Below are positions 63,795 through 64,000 of a stretch of DNA of 64,000 nucleotides, one piece after another (position 1 is the first letter of the stretch; each line of letters begins with the position of its first letter). A model generated the notes under the pieces. The model ran no database searches. It worked only from the letters and a program-made list of their open reading frames with translations, and was not told the DNA's origin. A program made the position numbers and the translations under genes. This DNA comes from Octopus bimaculoides. Taxonomy: Eukaryota. Where the stretch lies: assembly GCF_001194135.2 (NCBI RefSeq), contig NC_068993.1, positions 42,530,287-42,594,286 on the forward strand. Direction: 5' to 3'.

Positions 63795-63967
63795 CAGACC
63801 AATAACAGTACCTGGTCACCCACACCTTAAACCCGTGAATGGCTTATTTGAGCATGTACAGATACACACGAACACACATATATGTGTGATTATCTAAGAA
63901 CAAACACGTATATGCGTGTTTAAACATGTGGTGTTTGCGCGCAAGTACATACATAGATATATATGTA

Positions 63968-64000
<33 letters not shown>
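63680..64000. repeat. (TA)n, (AGAT)n and mixed microsatellites
   Basis: Directly visible. Confidence 0.93.

Overview
AT-rich, repeat-dense eukaryotic genomic DNA from a draft assembly, with 11 N-gaps that are mostly bounded by microsatellites. The SINE families and (TA)/(CA)/(CATA) microsatellite load point to an octopus or other coleoid cephalopod (inference). No host protein-coding gene can be recognised with confidence, and the long ORFs in the track are mostly artefacts of gaps, microsatellites or transposon antisense strands. What can be supported is a transposon graveyard: a ~1.2 kb decayed mariner and a 680 bp internally deleted mariner; two pogo-type MITEs and a probable piggyBac-type MITE; a Tx1/L1-type LINE retaining ORF1 (CCHC knuckle), endonuclease and RT pieces; four RLE-type (R4/Dong-like) LINE fragments; two RTE 3' fragments; three Penelope-like fragments; and about 20 tRNA-headed SINE copies of two main families. 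The most notable observations are (1) a well-formed minimal hammerhead ribozyme at 5110-5162 plus a decayed second candidate at ~62.4 kb, (2) a 77 bp block duplicated 7.35 kb apart with a codon-like substitution pattern, possibly marking tandem paralogous genes, (3) closely spaced inverted SINEs that would form long dsRNA, (4) an exact 90 bp flank-plus-SINE tract copied into a neighbouring SINE, and (5) a 19 bp minisatellite born from a SINE core. All translations and alignments were done by eye; no database searches were run.
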